Origin: the human T2T-CHM13v2.0 reference genome, Homo sapiens
Assembly: GCF_009914755.1 (NCBI RefSeq)
Contig: NC_060928.1
Strand: one strand, 5' to 3'
Length of the DNA: 64,000 bases
Translations under genes and position numbers: made by a program
The notes under the pieces: generated by a model
Seen by the model: only the letters and a program-made list of their open reading frames with translations
Told to the model about the DNA's origin: nothing
Databases searched by the model: none
Part shown: positions 59,441-64,000 of the stretch, piece by piece
Numbering within the stretch: the stretch's first letter is position 1
Layout of the letters: each line of letters starts with the position of its first letter

Positions 59441-61149
59441 GCAGCCTAATATTTTAAATGTGTGAATTTAAATCAAATTCTGATTCTCAATTTTAGGGAC
59501 ACCTTATGAATAATAACACTTTGTTATAGTGCAACAGTTCTGGTGAGCACACAGCATTCCCTTTCCCAAATCAAAACTGGGCTTTTCTACCCAAGTCTCT
59601 TGTAGCAACCAAGAATTCAGTTGATATACAGGGGCTTATCCATCTGGAAAAGACATCACACAGAAGATAGTAAGCAGCTGCTCTCCATATCAACGAAGTT
59701 CACACATAGAGGAAATGAACTTGCATTAAGACAGGAGGGATTTTAGACAGATATTAAACACACTTTCCCTACAAAGATGTAATACAGATGGATCTATGAT
59801 GAAAAACAACTGTGGAATTTTTCCCTGGAGACATGGACAAATGGGGTGGACAACCATCTGTTGATAATGCTTTGAAGTCCTGTCTAAGAAGCAGTTCAAC
59901 CTCAGGAGCTCTTGAAGTGCCTTGCTGCCCTTTCACCTGCATATGGATTGTATGTTACACAGAGGAATTAGGTTGTTTTATTGATAAATAATATTAGCCA
60001 CTCACAGAAAAACAAAGTAATACAAAACACTTGTAGCCAACACAAATCTATATTCCTCCCATCCACTTTTCTATTTAAAAACAGATTTCATTCTCTAGAG
60101 AGAATATCTTACATTAGTCAGAATGACTAAAAATAAATTAATTAGTTTAGAAAGAAATAGCATGGAGTGAAATATTTTAAAATCAACTACATCAAGGTGT
60201 GACACACTTAACTAAAAACCAGTTTAAAAGTAGGTCATTTAAAATAGACTCTTTAAAAATTGGAAGAACAAAGATGTATGTTTTCAAAAGAAAATATAGA
60301 GAAACAGGTGTACTGATCTTGAATTTCTAGTTTAGAGAAGGACTTCTTTTCCTTTATATCGATTGAAGTTTATAGTTGGTGCTCAAGAGTCTCATTTTTA
60401 AAATCTCAAATGGCTTAACAGACATGATTATAGAGCCTGCCCCCTCCCAAATATGTAAGGAAAAGTGTGATTGAATTATCATGCCAGACAAAAAGAAAGA
60501 ACCTCATGACTGGAAGTAATGTTTATCTTTCAGGAGTAGCCTTTGGATAAACTTTAAATTGATTTTTTTTATTAACATTTTATAATTCAATACAATTAAT
60601 TAAAAAATCAAGAAAGACCCTCAAATTAAGTACATTAAAAGGTGTACAAAAAATTTCCCTCAAGTTTGATACATGCTTTGAAAATACTACACTTTAAAAA
60701 TAAAGAAAATGCTATGTGGAGATCTGGATTAAGCCAAAAGTTTATTCTTTATAGATACAGTCATAGTGACTCAATTTTCTCATGATGTCCTTCTAGGGAA
60801 CTTAACATATTAAAAGGGAATAACTTGCAGCCATTCCAATCTGGAAATACAATTTTCAGCTATGCTTACAGAAAATATTGTCTTTAAATGATAGTACTTC
60901 CAAGAAGAGTAGTCAATAAATCAATAGAAAGAAGGAACTACATCCACAGAACAGGCCCTAATTCCTTCAAGTTCATTTGTTTTCATTGTTCTCTGGCTGT
61001 GAAATCACTGAAATGGTGGAAAAATTAGAAGTGTTACACAAACTATTCTAGAATGACAATAAGGCCTGCGTAATCACTTTCATATTATGGCCAAAAGTTC
61101 CCAATAAATCTGAAAAACATTTCAATAATGTTTTAAAAATCTCAAATTT

Positions 61150-61450
61150 ATCAATGCAAGTGTCTTTTTTATTTGAAAAAATTACTTAGAAAACCATATA
61201 TTTTTAAAAGTGGCATTGCCATTGCTGAAAACATTTTGGGAAATTCCTCTTTGGAATGCTTTCAGAATCTGTGTTAGTCTTTTTGCATCTCTTCAGCAGT
61301 GACAATATTTTTATTTGTTTATTTTATGCTGAGAATGAATTTGTTTCTTTGAATATTTTAAACAGCAAAAAGTCATCCTACCTACGGCTTGGTGGGAAAT
61401 ATTTTTTCTATTTTTCATAAAATAAGAAATGGTTATAAAGTAATGGGACT
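61150..61450. mobile_element. MARNA-like relic
   Basis: tgccattgctgaaaacattttggg..ttcctctttggaatgctttcaga. Confidence 0.5.
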
Positions 61451-61454
61451 GATT

Positions 61455-61660
61455 TTTAGGTTGGAAGTTTATATTGTCCTTCTATTTGCTAGCTGTGCAA
61501 TCATGGGCAATTTACTCAGTTGTTCAATGCTTCAGTTTGCTTATCTGTAACAGGAATAACAATAGCCCACACAGGCTTGTCATGACTATGTAATGATACA
61601 ATCAATTCACAGTAGCAACTGCAGTTCCCAGAACATAGCTAGAGCTCAATATTCTTAGCC
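61455..61660 (+). mobile_element. MIR
   Basis: ctagctgtg..catgggcaatttact..cttcagtttgcttatctgtaa. Confidence 0.65.
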
Positions 61661-61971
61661 AGAGGGTAACTGTATGTAAGGACTTCTAGCCCTCTCCTTT
61701 TAACAAACTCCTTTCTCCATCTGTTCAAATACAGCACATCATTCAAAAGTCACCTTGAATCCATCTTCTCAAGTCAGCTCTCCATTTTTGGTGTGACTAA
61801 TTTCTTTTGTAACTCTCCTTTTTCAGTCAAAGAATCCTTAAGGTTGACCTTACATCATAACTTTGAATACCATCTCCTTCTCTCCATCCCACTTCCAATA
61901 CTTGTCTTTAATCCATGAATCCTTGGGTTCTCCATGTTGCAGAAAGAGTGATCTTTCTAAAGTACAAGCCT

Positions 61972-62275
61972 AGGCTGGATACGGTGGCTCACACCTAATC
62001 TCAGCACTTGGGAAATCTGGTGTGGGAAGATGGCTTGAGGCCAGGAGTTTGGGAAACATGGTGAGAGCCTGTCTCTACCAAAAGAAAAAAAAAAGATTTT
62101 TTAAGTTAGCCGGGTGTGGTGATGGGTGCCTGTAGTCCTAGCTACTAGAGAGGCTGAGGTGGGAGGATCCCTAGAGCCAGGAGTTGTTGGCTGCAGTGAG
62201 CTATGATCACGCCACAGCACTCCAGCCTGGACCACAGAGTGAGACCCTGTCTCAGAAAAAGACAAAAACAACAAA
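61972..62275 (+). mobile_element. AluJ, inserted in an L2 relic (~61690-62480)
   Basis: ggcttgaggccaggagttt, gagctatgatc; TSD acaagcct. Confidence 0.88.
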
Positions 62276-62763
62276 ACAAGCCTGATGGAGTCACTTCCAT
62301 CCATTAGTGGCTCTCCATTGCCCTCTGGATATAGGATAAGCTTCCCAGTAGAATCTACAAAGATGTTCACAATCTGATCCTGGCTTGCCTATCACAGAAG
62401 CATCAGTGCCACATTTCTTGAAATGTAGCATGTTCTCTCTTTTCCAGGATTATTTATTAAGTGGATGAATGAACACAAAAATGTTTCTAATGTCTTATTT
62501 GTGGTTCTTGGGACTCATTAACAACTTTTATTGTTACTAAGGATGTTTAAATTTTATTCTCCCAGATCCTCTCTGCCTTGGAAAAGACCTGTATCTTCCT
62601 CCCGAGAGTTGTATAGCTCATCCTTTCACTTAATTTGGGCCTCTACTCACAAATCATCTCAGAAAGATGTCAGATTACATAGGTAAACAATACACACAGT
62701 CACTGCATTGTCAAATACAGCTTTATTTTTCTTCATAGCACTTATGAATTCTGTACATTATAT

Positions 62764-63209
62764 TGTTAAATAAAATTGATTGGAGGCCATTGTTTTGGGC
62801 TGAGCTCCTGCAACTAGGCCTCAACAGATCCAACCAAAATGAGGTCACTCATTCTAAGTCCCACATAATTAAACTGAAACTAAAAAACAGGGAAAATTCC
62901 CAAACAGGTTAGTTTTCCAAAAAACAGGAGATTCACAGCAATCAGTCAGATTGGGCCCAGTTTACTCAAGCTGAGATGTCAGGAAATTTCCTTCTGTTTT
63001 ATTCCTACAAGAAAAGTAAATTCATAATGCTTTTTGTTTCTTGTTTTGGCTTTCCTCAGTCTTTTCTTGCCTGCAAAACCCACCTCCTCTGCTTAACTCA
63101 TTGGAGCTCATTCTAAATCCTTTGATGGGATGCTGCCCAAGTCATGCATTGCTAATAAAAAGCCAATTCAATCTTTAAACCAAATGTGTAGACATTTTGG
63201 TTTTTAACA
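62764..63209 (+). mobile_element. MER31-like ERV1 solo LTR
   Basis: TG...CA termini, ggaggccattgttttgg, aataaaagcc, 4-bp TSD atat. Confidence 0.8.
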
Positions 63210-64000
63210 ATATTCTATAGATATACATTATTTATTTGTTTATTACTATTTGTAAGCTATACAAGGTGGAATTTGTTTTTTTACCAGTTGGTCCCCAGCT
63301 CCTGTGACACACCTAGCATATAGCAGATGCTTAGCATTAATAAAGTATTGAATACAACAAATACAAGATTACAAATTCCTTGAGAACAGTAAATTATGTA
63401 TATTTCACATCTTCTAAACTGTTATAGTATATAATTGATAAATATATTCATGCATATGTTAATTGAAATCACCTAAAGCCTGTATCTGCCTGCTGTATCT
63501 TTTCAGAGGGGTTAATTTCGTCATGAGTAACAGGATGCCTCTTGAGGCAGACATTAATTGTGGGCATCCTTAGTGGTGGGGAAATTGAAATTAGGTGAAA
63601 TTTCCAACATGTGGGAAAAGAAGGCAGAAAGTTGCTTTCAATCAAATCTTGCTCTGCTAAGCATCAAGTGAAGTTTTGCCTTTAGTTACGTAAATATAGA
63701 ATAGAAAGGTTTATCCCACTTGAAGGGGATGATAGTTGAAACAAAAGGCTGCCACTCTCTGAGACCTCCAGTGAGCAAAGAAGGTCCCTGAGATGGAGTT
63801 GGATTAATTTTCACAAGGAGCCTTGTACCTCTGGAGGAGGGGAACTACATGTGTCTTTATTCCGTGTGATTTAACACTGGGTGGGTGGGGTCTGTCAAGT
63901 TGAATCAGGGTGTCCCTGACCTAGGTACAGAGGCAGGAAAAAGCAATGGCTCCTTTGAGGAAAAATTATCTGCAAATAGGGCAGAGCCTAAAGGCTCTTC

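Overview
Human (primate) genomic DNA covering the 5' end of PDE5A (cGMP-specific phosphodiesterase 5A) on the minus strand. A CpG island (~48170-50500) holds three alternative first exons: A1 (coding 49666-49817, MERAGPSFG...), a probable A3 exon (donor at 49118) and A2 (coding 48273-48298, MLPFGDKTR). Shared exon 2 (27831-28419) and exon 3 (17645-17734) encode the PKG site Ser102 and most of GAF-A. The gene continues past the left edge, and ~14 kb of upstream DNA lies on the right. The rest is intronic or intergenic DNA rich in Alu, L1, L2, MIR, MaLR/ERV LTR and DNA-transposon relics; subfamily calls are by eye. I see no evidence of a new multi-gene system. The best leads are: an out-of-frame overlapping uORF made by A3-to-exon 2 splicing; a chimeric AluYb8-into-AluS element; a candidate poison exon 100 nt before exon 3; a 5x TTCAGAGAA (GAS-like) array; a perfect 23-bp duplication in the promoter island; and a fold-back scar around a (TA)24 tract.
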